Shown: positions 43,546-54,859 of the stretch, in pieces
Position numbering within the stretch: position 1 is the first letter of the stretch
Layout of the letters: every line of letters begins with the position of its first letter
Translations under genes and position numbers: made by a program
The notes under the pieces: generated by a model
Told to the model about the DNA's origin: nothing
Seen by the model: only the letters and a program-made list of their open reading frames with translations
Database searches by the model: none
Origin: a virus
Lineage: Duplodnaviria; Caudoviricetes
Length of the DNA: 64,000 nucleotides
Virus record (IMG/VR): IMGVR_UViG_3300010351_000784
Location: 1 to 64,000 of that record
Strand: one strand, 5' to 3'

Positions 43546-46500
43546 TATTCTTCAACCTCCTCTGCATTTCCAGTTTCTCCTTCGGTAGAAATTGTTCCTA
43601 CTTCCATTTCAGTATTCGCCGCGATAGCTGATGGATTTGTTATAAAATCCTTCAAAGCTTTAAGCTAAGCAAGTGTAAATGATACCTCTCCCTCTGCTGA
43701 AGTGCCACCAAATGTTACAAAAGTTGTATCCCATTTTGTTTCAGCTTTAATTGAAGCACCATTTGTAAGTCTGAGTTCAGAAGAACCAATCATTTCAAAT
43801 ACTGGGTCGGTACCGTTACTTAATACTTCATTATACATCTATGGGTCTTTAGTAAGGAACTTAACAATAATAGCTCCACTATCTTCTTGAAGTTCAATTA
43901 TCTTTGAAATGTTGTCTACTGTATAGCCTAAATCAGTTAACATAGCAGGATAATCCGCGCCATTTAAAAACTGAGTTATAACATCATAAATACTCTATGC
44001 AAAATCATATGTCTCTTGAGGACTCTGAATTACATATACAAGATATGGAATTTGATAAAAAATCTGTGCGGACTAAAAACCAATATCGTTTATTAAATAT
44101 ATCTCAGTAAGTTTTGGTATTTCTCCATTTCTGCAGAATATTTGTCTTCTAAAGATTTCATAGTCTGGACCCGATTCAAATGCTGCAATAAGTGCCGCCT
44201 ATGAATCATTAGGATTATAAGTCTGTGTACATCTAAACGCAAAACAATATGTATTATCTTCATTATATTGTTTATCATTTCTTAAGCAAATATTTGCTTT
44301 ATCATAAAGCTGAAGTACCGGTCCATCTTGTGCATCTCTTTCTGACTGAATTGGTAATCTCCAGTCTGCACCAATATGAGTGCCATTACTATATCTATAT
44401 GCGCTAACTGTTGTTGAATATTTTAAGTTTGGATTTGGACCATTTTCAACAACTTTTGCATTAGTTGTTGTTTTAGGAGTAATATAAATTTTATTCTTAT
44501 CTTCGGTAGAAAGATTATCATAAGGTGTATCAATTGCGTATTGAGTGTTAGAGGTAAATGATACTCTTACATTTTTCATATAGCCATAGAAATGATAGGT
44601 ATATCTCTTATTAGTTCCAGAACCACTTTCAGTTCTTTGATTACAAGCATATGAACTATAAAATTCTGCATTAGGACCAAAATTATATGCCATTTGAGCT
44701 TTTACATAAGGGTCATTCAAAATTGCCGCGGTTTGTGAGGTAGTGTATTCGGTATATGAATAAAAGCTATATCTATTATTTGGACCGCCATTGCGATAAA
44801 GAGTAAATCCTTCAACGACAATTTTATAAAATTCCCTTTTGGGTGTTGATGCTACAATTCCACCATCATAATAATTACGTCCAACACTTGAGAACTGGTT
44901 TGTCTCAGAAACTTTATCAATTAGTTCAGTCTTATCTGCTGGAGCAAAATCATCAACAGTTAAACCTGTGTAATCTACATTAGTTTCAAATGTAATAGCC
45001 TCTTCTTGAGTAGCAATACTTATAGTAGGTTGTAAATATGTCCATCTCTCTTCCTAAGGTGCTGCAGAAATAAGTGTAATACTTTCTACATTATTAACTG
45101 TATCATTGTTAATATCAAGATAAGGGCTTACAGTTTTCTGAATAAAAACATTATTTCTTTCTGTTGCGCCAATAATTATAATATCTTTAAATTGAGCAAG
45201 CGTCATAGTCCCATTTGCTTCAATATTGTCAATAATATCGAGAATTTCAGTATTGTTACTATTTGAAAGAGTAATTAACATCTTCATCACAAATTGTGTA
45301 ACAGTTTCGTTATCATTGTATTCACCAGTTAAATTGATTTCGTATCTCTTTCTATTAGAAGATATAGATATTGGCTGTCTATGTGTTTTACCTCTTAAGA
45401 TAATAGTTGTATCATCAAGTGCTTCAAAGTGGTCTTTACCCTCCATCTGTACAAAGCCATCTTTACTTTCAATAATAGCTTCAAAAGACTTCCACTGACA
45501 TACGATATCAGTATATGTTGGAGTAAAACCAATACCACAATGACTCTCTGGAGCAAAGTTTAATGAGCATACATTATGAGGAGTAAATAAAGCGGTTACA
45601 TTAGCACCACTATTTGGGCAAATTTTATAGTAAATATTAGAACTGCCGGAGTCTCCCATGTCAAGTACAACCTTAGAATTTGTACCATATCCAATTTTAA
45701 CATCTACATCTGAGCCGGGACTGTCCGTCCAGTCAATACTTAAGCAACCTCGTGTTGCAACTTTGGCATTAAGTACGCCTGAATCACCAAATACTACACA
45801 AGTTCTTCCTTGTGCACCTAAAGTTGGCTACTTATATTTATTATTGAAGCTACTTATATTGCCACCGTCATATCCGCCATTATAAACTTTACTTCTTACA
45901 AACTTAGCTGCTAATGGAGACGCTGAAGAGTAAAGGCTCATAATTCTATTCTTAGGTCCGCCATTATTTATAAGTATATTAGCAATGTTTCCTGCAGGCT
46001 CATCAGAATTATTATGTTTAACCTATGTAGTCATAAAGACTTGTCCATCATTTCCATCATCAGCAGATAAATATAAGTAAGGTACATATCCCTCTGAACT
46101 ACCTGTAGACATTTTTACATTTGCGCCGTGTTCGATAAGGATTCTTGTATCTCCAAACTATGAAGGTGACCAAGAAGTACTTCCTCCAATACCGTTAATT
46201 TTTACAGAAGCATTACCTGAAATCTCTACTCCTGCACCGTCTGCCATTTTAATAAGAGACGCGCCCTCCATATAAATTGTACTGCTATTTGCCATATGAA
46301 GATAAGGGAATGGAGGGTCATCACTTAATTTATGACCAAAAGGTCCGGTTAAATCACCATAAATTGTTGATGCCAACCAAGACATTGGTGGGTTAGAAGA
46401 GGCATAATATCCCTATCTCATACTTCTTGTAATATTTGCCTATGCACCATATCCAAATTTATCTATTTCAATAATTCCGCCGCCATTCATTGAGAATATT

Positions 46501-46994
46501 GGACCACGTATTGTCTATTCAGTTTCATCATTTATCATACTGAAATAAGAGTTTCCGCCCATAAAGAAATCAAGACTCTTAATTGGAGTATCCCAATAAG
46601 TAGAGTTTCCGACTTCTGCAGTGCTCTTTATTTCAAAATCTGGAAGTGGTGTTTGTAAGATAGATTTTCTTGTGTCAGCTTTACTATATATCTGTCCTAT
46701 ATTGCCTTTTGCCCAATTTTCTCCATCACCAACAAGAACCTAATCTTCTTCGGCATCAATATCGCCGCCGCCGCCGCCGCCGCCTGCTTCACCAAGCTTG
46801 AAATGGTCTCTTGACTCTTTTGTGCCCGGCTCTGCATCGGGGTCAGCAGGGACTCTGATTACTGCAATCTTCTCTTCTTCTCCAATAGGAGGTCCTTCAA
46901 CAAGAACATCACTTAAATCAGAAAGGACATTATCAATTATTTGCGCACTGGCATTTTCACCTTCTACTTGCCAGTAGTGTCCGTTTTCTGCCAT
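43545..46994 (-). CDS. Large tail fibre/spike-like protein (1149 aa, TAG=Gln)
   Basis: Four in-frame ORFs join; poly-Gly linker, beta-rich. Confidence 0.7.
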
Positions 46995-47260
46995 CAATCT
47001 CCCTCCTTTACATCTATAAATTTATTATCATAACTACAAATAAATTTGCCATCATAGCTCATTAAATTTGGAGCTTTAATCTTAACCTCTTTATCTGCTT
47101 CAGCATCTATATCAATGCTCTTTCCTTCAATCTGAATTGTCATATTGGTAGTAGCATGGATATTATCTTTAGCAAGAAAGTTATATTTAAGTCTTGTATC
47201 AGAGGTTATTATTTCTTCAATCTCCTAATCAACGTCAGGAATAAAATTATTCCATCCCAT
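46994..47260 (-). CDS. Hypothetical protein (88 aa)
   Basis: MGWNNFIPDVDQ.. with RBS. Confidence 0.55.
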
Positions 47261-47445
47261 TTTCTTTCACCTCTATTATATCACATTGGATAATAAAAGT
47301 CAAGCCGCCGAGTTAGACTCAGCGACATATACTAAAATAAATTAAATTAATTATTAAATAATATCAATAAATATAATAACTTATTACAACCTCACTATTA
47401 CACTAAGTATAAACTATTTATGTAGTTATTACGATGTTAAAATAT

Positions 47446-47574
47446 TTAATTCTTTTCTAATATTAATTCAACTTCTTCATGAGTTAGCCATTTGCCTTCT
47501 GCCTTTTTTACCCATTCCTCAGACCAAACTCCTTCTTTATAATACTTCTTAATTTTTTCAAACATTTTACTCAT
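47446..47574 (-). CDS. XkdX-family protein
   Basis: MFEKIKKYYKEGVWSEEWVKKA..KWLTHEE. Confidence 0.75.
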   Translation of the reverse strand: MSKMFEKIKKYYKEGVWSEEWVKKAEGKWLTHEEVELILEKN

Positions 47575-47908
47575 TATCAATTCCTCCTATAAGGTCTTCA
47601 CCATTAATCATCAAAAGATAATCAATAGTCGCATTTACCTTTTCAAGTGCGATTCTATATTCTCCACTTTTATCAATATTTTTAGTATAATCAGAAACAA
47701 TATACCAAGTGTAATGTCTACCAATACTATCCATATCTTCTTTGATTAATCTTTCAATTTTACAAGACTCAGTAACTTCTATATATTCATCCTTTAAAGT
47801 AAAAGTCTAATAATGACCAATAGGATACTTTGTTTTATCACCAATAGTAGAGAGAATAATAACATCATTACCCTCAAATTCTCCTCTTTTAAAACTATAT
47901 TCTAACAT
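47567..47908 (-). CDS. Tail-fibre-associated hypothetical protein (113 aa)
   Basis: ..ATIDYLLM end preceding XkdX; GGAGG RBS. Confidence 0.65.
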
Positions 47909-48053
47909 TTAATCGCCTCCTGTTATTGCTTACGATTTGCTTCATCATTCCATTTATCCAACTTGGAATATATCTTTTCGAAATAGAACGATGATTACAC
48001 CATTTTAACTATCCTATTCGAGCAATTAATCCTGCCGCAAGCCAATGTACTAT
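47889..48053 (-). pseudogene. C-terminal stump of DGR reverse transcriptase
   Basis: HWLAAGLIARIGQLKWCNHRSISKRYI..MKQIV resembles the thumb-region end of Firmicutes-phage DGR RTs; no start codon. Confidence 0.6.
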
Positions 48054-48059
48054 TTATAT

Positions 48060-48079
48060 TAACGTAAAAAATTACGTTA
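48060..48079 (-). promoter_or_regulatory. Hairpin 3' of VR (DGR homing cruciform-like)
   Basis: TAACGTAA-TTTT-TTACGTTA just after the target stop. Confidence 0.55.
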
Positions 48080-48081
48080 TT

Positions 48082-49695
48082 TTAATTTGTTGAAGGTATC
48101 TTCTATAGTCGGACGCCGATGTTGAGGCCCTGGCCGACAGCCCTGAGGCTCCCGGACAGTAAGAACAAACCGCGGTACGGGTACGAGATATAGAGACCAC
48201 CAACGCACAACACAACACCATTAACATTGAAGTGGCAGCTATCAGGTATTTGATTTTGACTACTTGCTGTATCACCATTTCCAGGATACAACACCCAATC
48301 AAATCCACTAACATTTGACTAATCAAATTCCTAAATATAATTTGATACATTAGCTCTTCGTCCAACTAATACTGCACCTGACGCACTATAACTATCTGAA
48401 TAATTCTCAAAATCTTCAAAACAATAGATACCTTCTCCAGTATTATTATTTTCATCAGGTCCAAAGGTAATTCCATCGCACCAGTCACAAACATTACCCC
48501 AGGGGTCTTCAATATATCTATATTGAACACCAACCCCATAAGTTGTTTTTGAAGCCTACATAGTTCCAGTATGATATGGCATAGTATCTGTAGAGCCAGT
48601 ATTTTCTTTTGACTTATCATTACCACAGTTATAGCCAATCATTGACTATGTATCCCAGTTGGCAAATTCAACAAGATATAACATCCAAATTGTTATCCAA
48701 AGACTAAAATCAAGCTGATAATATCCGCTTCCTATTGCTGCCTAATTAGTTCTCGCTGTTGCTCTGGTAATACTCGCAATTGGAATTACACCACTTGTTG
48801 ATTTATAGTTGCTATTAGAATGATAACGTCCAATGTAAACATAGTCTTGCTCGGGATATGAACCTCTTGCTCTATGTGCAGGACTTACATTAAAGCCAGT
48901 TTTTGGAGCATCGGCAATCTAAATTGAGAATTTTGAATTTGTTTTTTCAATTTTATACCAGAATTTTGGAATTTTAACAACTTCATTCCCATCAACTGTT
49001 TCTCTTACCATTCCATTCCAAGGATAAAGATTATCAAATGGTGAGCCACAATCTTCAGCACTCATACCATTATTTACATATGGTACTGGATTAGTAAACT
49101 CCGCCGCGGCATCTGTTCTTGATAAAGTTTTGCCAGTTAGCCCCCATTCAACACCATAAACAACAACAAAAGTTAATTCAACATCATAAATTTTAGATGT
49201 TGTAAAGTTAATTATTTTACTAATGACTTTTCCATTTAAAGAAGCAGAGAAAGTCCATTCGCCACATGAAGGAATTAACATCTTAAGGTGAGTCTATTCC
49301 ATTGTGGCAGTAAGAATTATTGTTCCATTTGTTGCAGTTATTATTGCGCCACTATCCGCGATAATGTTTGCACTTGGATAAGTAATTGCTGCAAGTTCAT
49401 CAATCGCTGCCTAAATATTAGTTGCTTCAAGATAAGAAATCTCAGATGCAGTAGTTGGAATTGTAGGTTTGTTTTTAATATAATCATCTTTGGAATTATC
49501 TGCCTAATTCCAATCAGATTGAATATTAACCATGTCAATGAGAGCATTTTCAACATCAGAAAAACTATCAAGCGTTTCTCCATCTTTGATAGCAGCAATC
49601 TCAGCTCTTGCAACTCTATCTTCTGATGCGCCTGCGCCTGCGCCTCCACCTCCACCTCCACCTATGAAAGGATTAAACATATTCATCATTCCCAT
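48082..49695 (-). CDS. DGR target protein copy 1 (537 aa; C-type-lectin-fold VR ~48103-48240), probable receptor-binding protein
   Basis: YRYIEDPWGNVCDWCDG...GG....GLF....IGVRLQK. Confidence 0.85.
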
Positions 49696-49711
49696 TATAT
49701 CACCTCTCAAA

Positions 49712-49753
49712 TTATGTAATAAAAGGTTCCCAGAGATATCCAATTCTTTTCAA
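49712..49753 (-). pseudogene. N-terminal stump of DGR reverse transcriptase (MKRIGYLWEPFIT*)
   Basis: TTG start with AGGAAGTG RBS; MKRxGxL start typical of DGR RTs. Confidence 0.55.
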
Positions 49754-49766
49754 TTTCTTCACTTCC

Positions 49767-51386
49767 TTAATTTGTTGAAGGTATCTTCTATAGTCGGACG
49801 CCGATGGCGTCGTTCTGGTAGGGAGCCGTGTAGTGCCCGCCCAGGCAGAACAAACCGTAGCTCGCGTACTGGCCATAGCAACCACCAATGTACAACACAA
49901 CACCATCAGCATTGAAGATGCTGCTATCAGGTACTTGATTTTGACTACTTGTTGTATCACCATTTCCAGGATACAACACCCAATCAAATCCACTAACATT
50001 TGACTAATCAAAATCCTAAATATTATTTGATACATTAGCTCTTCGTCCAACTAATACTGCACCTGACGCACTATAACTCTCTGAATAATTCTCAAAATCT
50101 TCAAAACAATAGATACCTTCTCCAGTATTATTATTTTCATCAGGTCCAAAGGTAATTCCATCGCACCAGTCACAAACATTACCCCAGGGGTCTTCAATAT
50201 ATCTATATTGAACACCAACCCTATAAGTTGTTTTTGAAGCCTACATAGTTCCAGTATGATATGGCATAGTATCTGTAGAGCCAGTTTTTTCCTTTGAAAT
50301 GTTATTACCACAGTTATAGCCAATCATTGACTATGTATCCCAGTTGGCAAATTCAACAAGATATAACATCCAAATTGTTATCCAAAGACTAAAATCGAGT
50401 TGATGATATCCGCTTCCTATGGCCGCCTAATTAGTTCTCGCTGTTGCTATGGTAATATTTGTAATCGGAACTACACCACTTGTTGATTTATAGTTGCTAT
50501 TAGAATGATAACGTCCAATGTAAACATAGTCTTGCTCAGGATATGAGCCTCTTGCTCTGTGTGCAGGACTTATATTAAAACCAGTCCTTGGAGCATCGGC
50601 AATCTGAATTGAAAGTTTTGAACTTGTTTTTTCAATTTTATACCAGAATTTTGGAATTTTAACAACTTCATTCCCATCAACTGTTTCTCTCGTCATTCCA
50701 TTCCAAGGATAAAGATTATCAAATGGTGAACTACAATCTTTAGCACTCATACCATTGTTTACATATGGTACTGGATTAGTAAACTCTGCCGCGGCACCTG
50801 TTCTTGATAAAGTTTGGCCAGTTAATCCCCATTCAACACCATAAACATTATCAAAAGTTAATTCAACATCATAAATTTTAGATGTTGTAAAGTTAATTAT
50901 TTTACTAATGACTTTTCCATTTAAAGAAGCAGAGAAAGTCCATTTACCACATGAAGGAATTAACATCTTAAGGGGAGTCTATTCCATTGTGGCAGTAAGA
51001 GTTATTGTTCCATTTGTTGCAGTTATTATTGCGCCACTATCCGCAGTAATGTTTATACTTGGATAAGTAATTGCTGCAAGTTCATCAATCGCTGCCTAAG
51101 TATTAGTTGCTTCAAGATGAGATATGGTATTATCATAAGAAATCTCAGATGCAGTAGTTGGAATTGTAGGTTTGTTTTTAATATAATCATCTTTGGAATT
51201 ATCTGCCTAATTCCAATCAGATTGAATATTAACCATGTCAATGAGAGCATTTTCAACATCAGAAAAACTATCAAGCGTTTCTCCATCTTTGATAGCAGCA
51301 ATCTCAGCTCTTGCAACTTCATCTTCTGATGCGCCTCCACCTCCACCTCCACCTATGAAAGGATTAAACATATTCATCATTCCCAT
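49767..51386 (-). CDS. DGR target protein copy 2 (539 aa; VR ~49788-49925)
   Basis: Near-identical to copy 1 except VR. Confidence 0.85.
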
Positions 51387-51397
51387 TATATCACCTC

Positions 51398-51685
51398 TCA
51401 AATTATGTAATAGATGTTACCAGTGAAAGCGGTTTCAAATTTGAGACTCCAAATATTCATACCTCTTTCTCCAGTAAAAGGAGTCACAAAGTGACCTACT
51501 GCTGGTATTTCCATTTCTTCATTGGAGTCATTAAGATAAAACTTGGTACTAGCAGTTCCTTCAAATCCCACGAATCTGAGAGAAGAACCCATACTAATAT
51601 TATCGTTTTCCCTTACTGACGCCTTGATTAATGGTACGCAATTTTCCATTGCTCCAGCTGTGCATTTCCACATTCTGTATTCCAT
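51398..51685 (-). CDS. Hypothetical structural-region protein
   Basis: ORF with GGAGG RBS. Confidence 0.65.
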   Translation of the reverse strand: MEYRMWKCTAGAMENCVPLIKASVRENDNISMGSSLRFVGFEGTASTKFYLNDSNEEMEIPAVGHFVTPFTGERGMNIWSLKFETAFTGNIYYII

Positions 51686-51697
51686 ACCATCGCCTCC

Positions 51698-51958
51698 TTA
51701 AATAATTTCTTCACCATATTGGTTAAAAATACTCTTGACTCTACTCATTTGTTCAGGATTATCAATTAATATTTTAATTGTATCTCCCTATAAGAAGCGT
51801 CCTGATAATATTCCTATTAAAGATTTACCATTCACTCTTCTGTCATTTGCTCTATATAAAAAAACACTTGAATTTATTTCTTTTAATGAGAATATTAAAT
51901 TCGCAGCGTTTCTTTTCGAAAGATTTTGTGTGAGATAATATGTACAATCCATCATCAT
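51698..51958 (-). CDS. HPr-like protein (TAG=Gln)
   Basis: RRVNGKSLIGILS..GDTIKI. Confidence 0.65.
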
Positions 51959-52079
51959 CAACCCCCAATTATTATAATAGCATGACGCCGCCTAAAAGTC
52001 AAGCAATTAACAAAATCTTGACTTTTTGATAATTTTATGATATAATAAAAGTATCAAAAAAAAGGAGCGTGAACACACG

Positions 52080-52991
52080 ATGTTAAATATTGAAATGTCT
52101 GAGCGTATTAAAAAACTCAGAACAATAAATCATTTTAATTTTATTGGTCCTTTCTTTAATGATAAATAGAAGGACACAGATTTTTCTATTGGAAGCGCAA
52201 TCAGAGAAATAATTATAAGATATGATTATGAAATAAAACATAATTACACATTTGTAATTAAGTATGATAAGGATATTTATTCATCTTTGGCTTATCGCAT
52301 GATTTACAGCGCGGGTTCTGTTTTACAGAAAACTATTGATATTAAAATTCTTGGTGATATTGACACTCCAGAAGAGAAAGAAATTTTTAAGGATATCCCA
52401 GTAATAGGCTATCGTAAAGCACGAAAGCTGAAGAAGGTTGTCTTCATAACTGGTTATCATCCTATTTATAATGTAATTAACCTAAGCTCTTACTCTAAGA
52501 CTTTTATTGAAATCTTCAATCCAATTGAAAGATTTTTGCCTGATTCGCTTACAATGGCACAAGAGTTTTATCTTAAGCCGGAGAGTCAATTATGGAGTCT
52601 TTTTCTTGAAATGAGAGAGGATAATTACCTTGATTCAAATTGGGAGAGCGTAATTAATAAAACAATTCCAATTGTTGTTTTTAAACTTGAGGGTAATGAG
52701 AACGATTTCCCTGTTTTCAATTTCATCTTAAAGTCTTCAAAGGAAGGTAATATTCATATGTATATTGTTGAAAATGAAGAAGCAGCAAAATTCATTACCG
52801 ATAATTTAAGAATTTATGTTGACACTCGTAATGTTCCTTCTGAATTGAATATTATAAATAATGAAGAATATATAGATATGATAAGTAAATTTACACTTAA
52901 TTCAAAAATTGAAATTATAAATGAAATTCTTTTCTTTGATAAGAATACATTACCCGAGGAGGAGGATGAAAATGAAAATCATGGTCGTTAA
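52080..52991 (+). CDS. Hypothetical protein (303 aa, TAG=Gln)
   Basis: Promoter at 52018, AGGAG RBS. Confidence 0.7.
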
Positions 52992-54561
52992 TGGGCGCGG
53001 CGCGTCAGGTAAAGCTTTACCAAATTCAACTTTAATTCCTACACCAAATGGATATAAAAAGGTTGGAGAAATAAAGGTAGGAGATTTTCTTTTTGATAGA
53101 AAAGGAAATCCAACCAAAGTATTGGGCGTATTTCCATAGGGAGAAAAAGAAGTATATAAAGTTTATTTTAAAAATGGAAAAGTTGCAGAATGTTCTGAAG
53201 AACACTTATGGAATATACATAAACAAAGTTGGCATAGGGAGAAAAGTAAAAATAAATTTGAGCCATACACCTTAAAGCAAATTATTGAAGAAGGAGTTAA
53301 AGTTTCTGATAAAGCAGGATACCGATTTAAGATTCAAAACAATGAAGCAGTAAAATACCCTCATCAAAATTTAAAAATTCATCCTTATGTATTTGGCGTT
53401 TTTCTTGGTGATGGGTCTTGTTTAGAAAGACAATTAACTCTATCATCTAATGATATTGAGATTGTTGAAAGAGTTAATACCTTACTAAACGCAGGAGGGT
53501 ATGTTAAAAAAAGTAAATTTAATTATAACTGGTATTTTTTGAATAGAGAAAAAAAGAAAAATAAAAATAATACGGATGTTAAATATATTCAAACATTAGA
53601 TTTATTTAAAAATTATAGTGATAATATATGTCAATTAAGTTATAATAAAAGTATTCCAGATATTTATAAGTATAGCTCAATTGAACAAAGAATAGACTTA
53701 TTATAGGGATTGATGGATACTGATGGTTCAATTGATAAAAACGGAAATATTAAATTTACTTCAACAAGTAAAATATTGATATATGACGTTAAAGAAATTA
53801 TTGAATCATTGGGCTATTGGGCTACTATATATAAAGATACAAGAAATGATAAATATACTAATGAAATTTGTTATCAATTAGGCATACATATGAATAATAA
53901 AGAAAAGGAAAAATTATTCTTTTTATCAAGAAAAAAAGATGTAGCAAAAGCCTTGCCAATTTCTATATTTGATTATAATACAACCCAAATTATTAAAATT
54001 GAAAAAACAAATAAAAAAGAAGAAATGACTTGCTTTTTGGTTGATAATAAAGAACATTTATTTTTAATGAATAATTATATCGTCACTCACAATACTACAT
54101 TTGAAACAATGGTACAAAAGATTGCCGCGGCAAGAGGAAAGGAAGTAAAAGTCATTTCTACTATTACGTATGTAAAGGAAATTGCAAAGCTGTTTGGTTG
54201 GGATGGCGGTAAGACTCCAGAAGATAGACGATTCCTCTCAGACCTCAAAGATGCTCTAACTCGTTGGAAAGACCTTCCGTATCAGAAGGTTAAGAGCTTT
54301 ATTGAGACTTATGAACAAAGTGATACTGACCTCTTATTTATTGATTGCCGCGAGCCTGAAGAAATTGCAAGATTCGTTAATGATTATGGCGCGCTTACAA
54401 TTCTCGTTCAGCGTGGAGAGTTTGAATTGCTCGGCAACCATGCTGATGATAATGTTCTTAATTATCAGTACGATGTAGTTATTGATAATAACAGAGGGCT
54501 TGACGAGTTAATGCAGGAAGCCACTATTTTTGAAGAAACTTTTGTAGATGAAGAAGATTGA
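52972..54561 (+). CDS. P-loop (dNMP-kinase-like) protein with intein
   Basis: NGRGASGK|..|TTF, GWDGGK...RRFLSDLK, FIDCREPEEI. Confidence 0.8.
53014..54093 (+). mobile_element. Class 3-type intein (Ala1; W-C-T) in Walker A, 360 aa, two TAG=Gln
   Basis: ALPNST start, EHLW, LLQGLMDTDG, MTCFLV, IVTHN|T. Confidence 0.85.
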
Positions 54562-54616
54562 CTTTCTGAAAAAATTATTTTATAATAATAATAGAAAATG
54601 AAAAGGAGAAATGTGC

Positions 54617-54652
54617 ATGGAAATTATAATTGATGGTTTTGGAGATGATTAA
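54617..54652 (+). pseudogene. Orphan original N-terminus of DNA ligase (MEIIIDGFGDD*)
   Basis: Matches MKDIIIDGF at 54860; sits right behind the promoter and RBS. Confidence 0.65.
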
Positions 54653-54859
54653 ATGGCTTATGATTTAACGAATTAGCGATTTGGGAAATTAAAAGTTATA
54701 AAAAAATCAAAAAAGAAATCTAATAGAGGAATAATCTGGGAATGTCTTTGTGATTGCGGGAACATTTGTGAAGTTTGTTCTACTGATTTAAGAAAATAGG
54801 ATACTAAATCATGTGGATGTCTACAAAGAGACAAATTTATACATAAAGGAGAGTACATA
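54653..54859 (+). pseudogene. N-terminal remnant of homing endonuclease, in frame with ligase
   Basis: MAYDLTNQRFGKLKV..WECLCDCG..KSCGC. Confidence 0.7.

Noticed and set aside
49788-49925. VR2 as the DGR template repeat
   Set aside because: Most variable codons are not AAC and it lies within an intact CDS
30155-51386. Mass pseudogenisation of structural genes
   Set aside because: The breaks I checked are in-frame TAG codons; frames stay open under code 15
1121-51938. Plus-strand ORFs before 52 kb and minus-strand ORFs after it
   Set aside because: Antisense shadows of motif-bearing genes, without RBS
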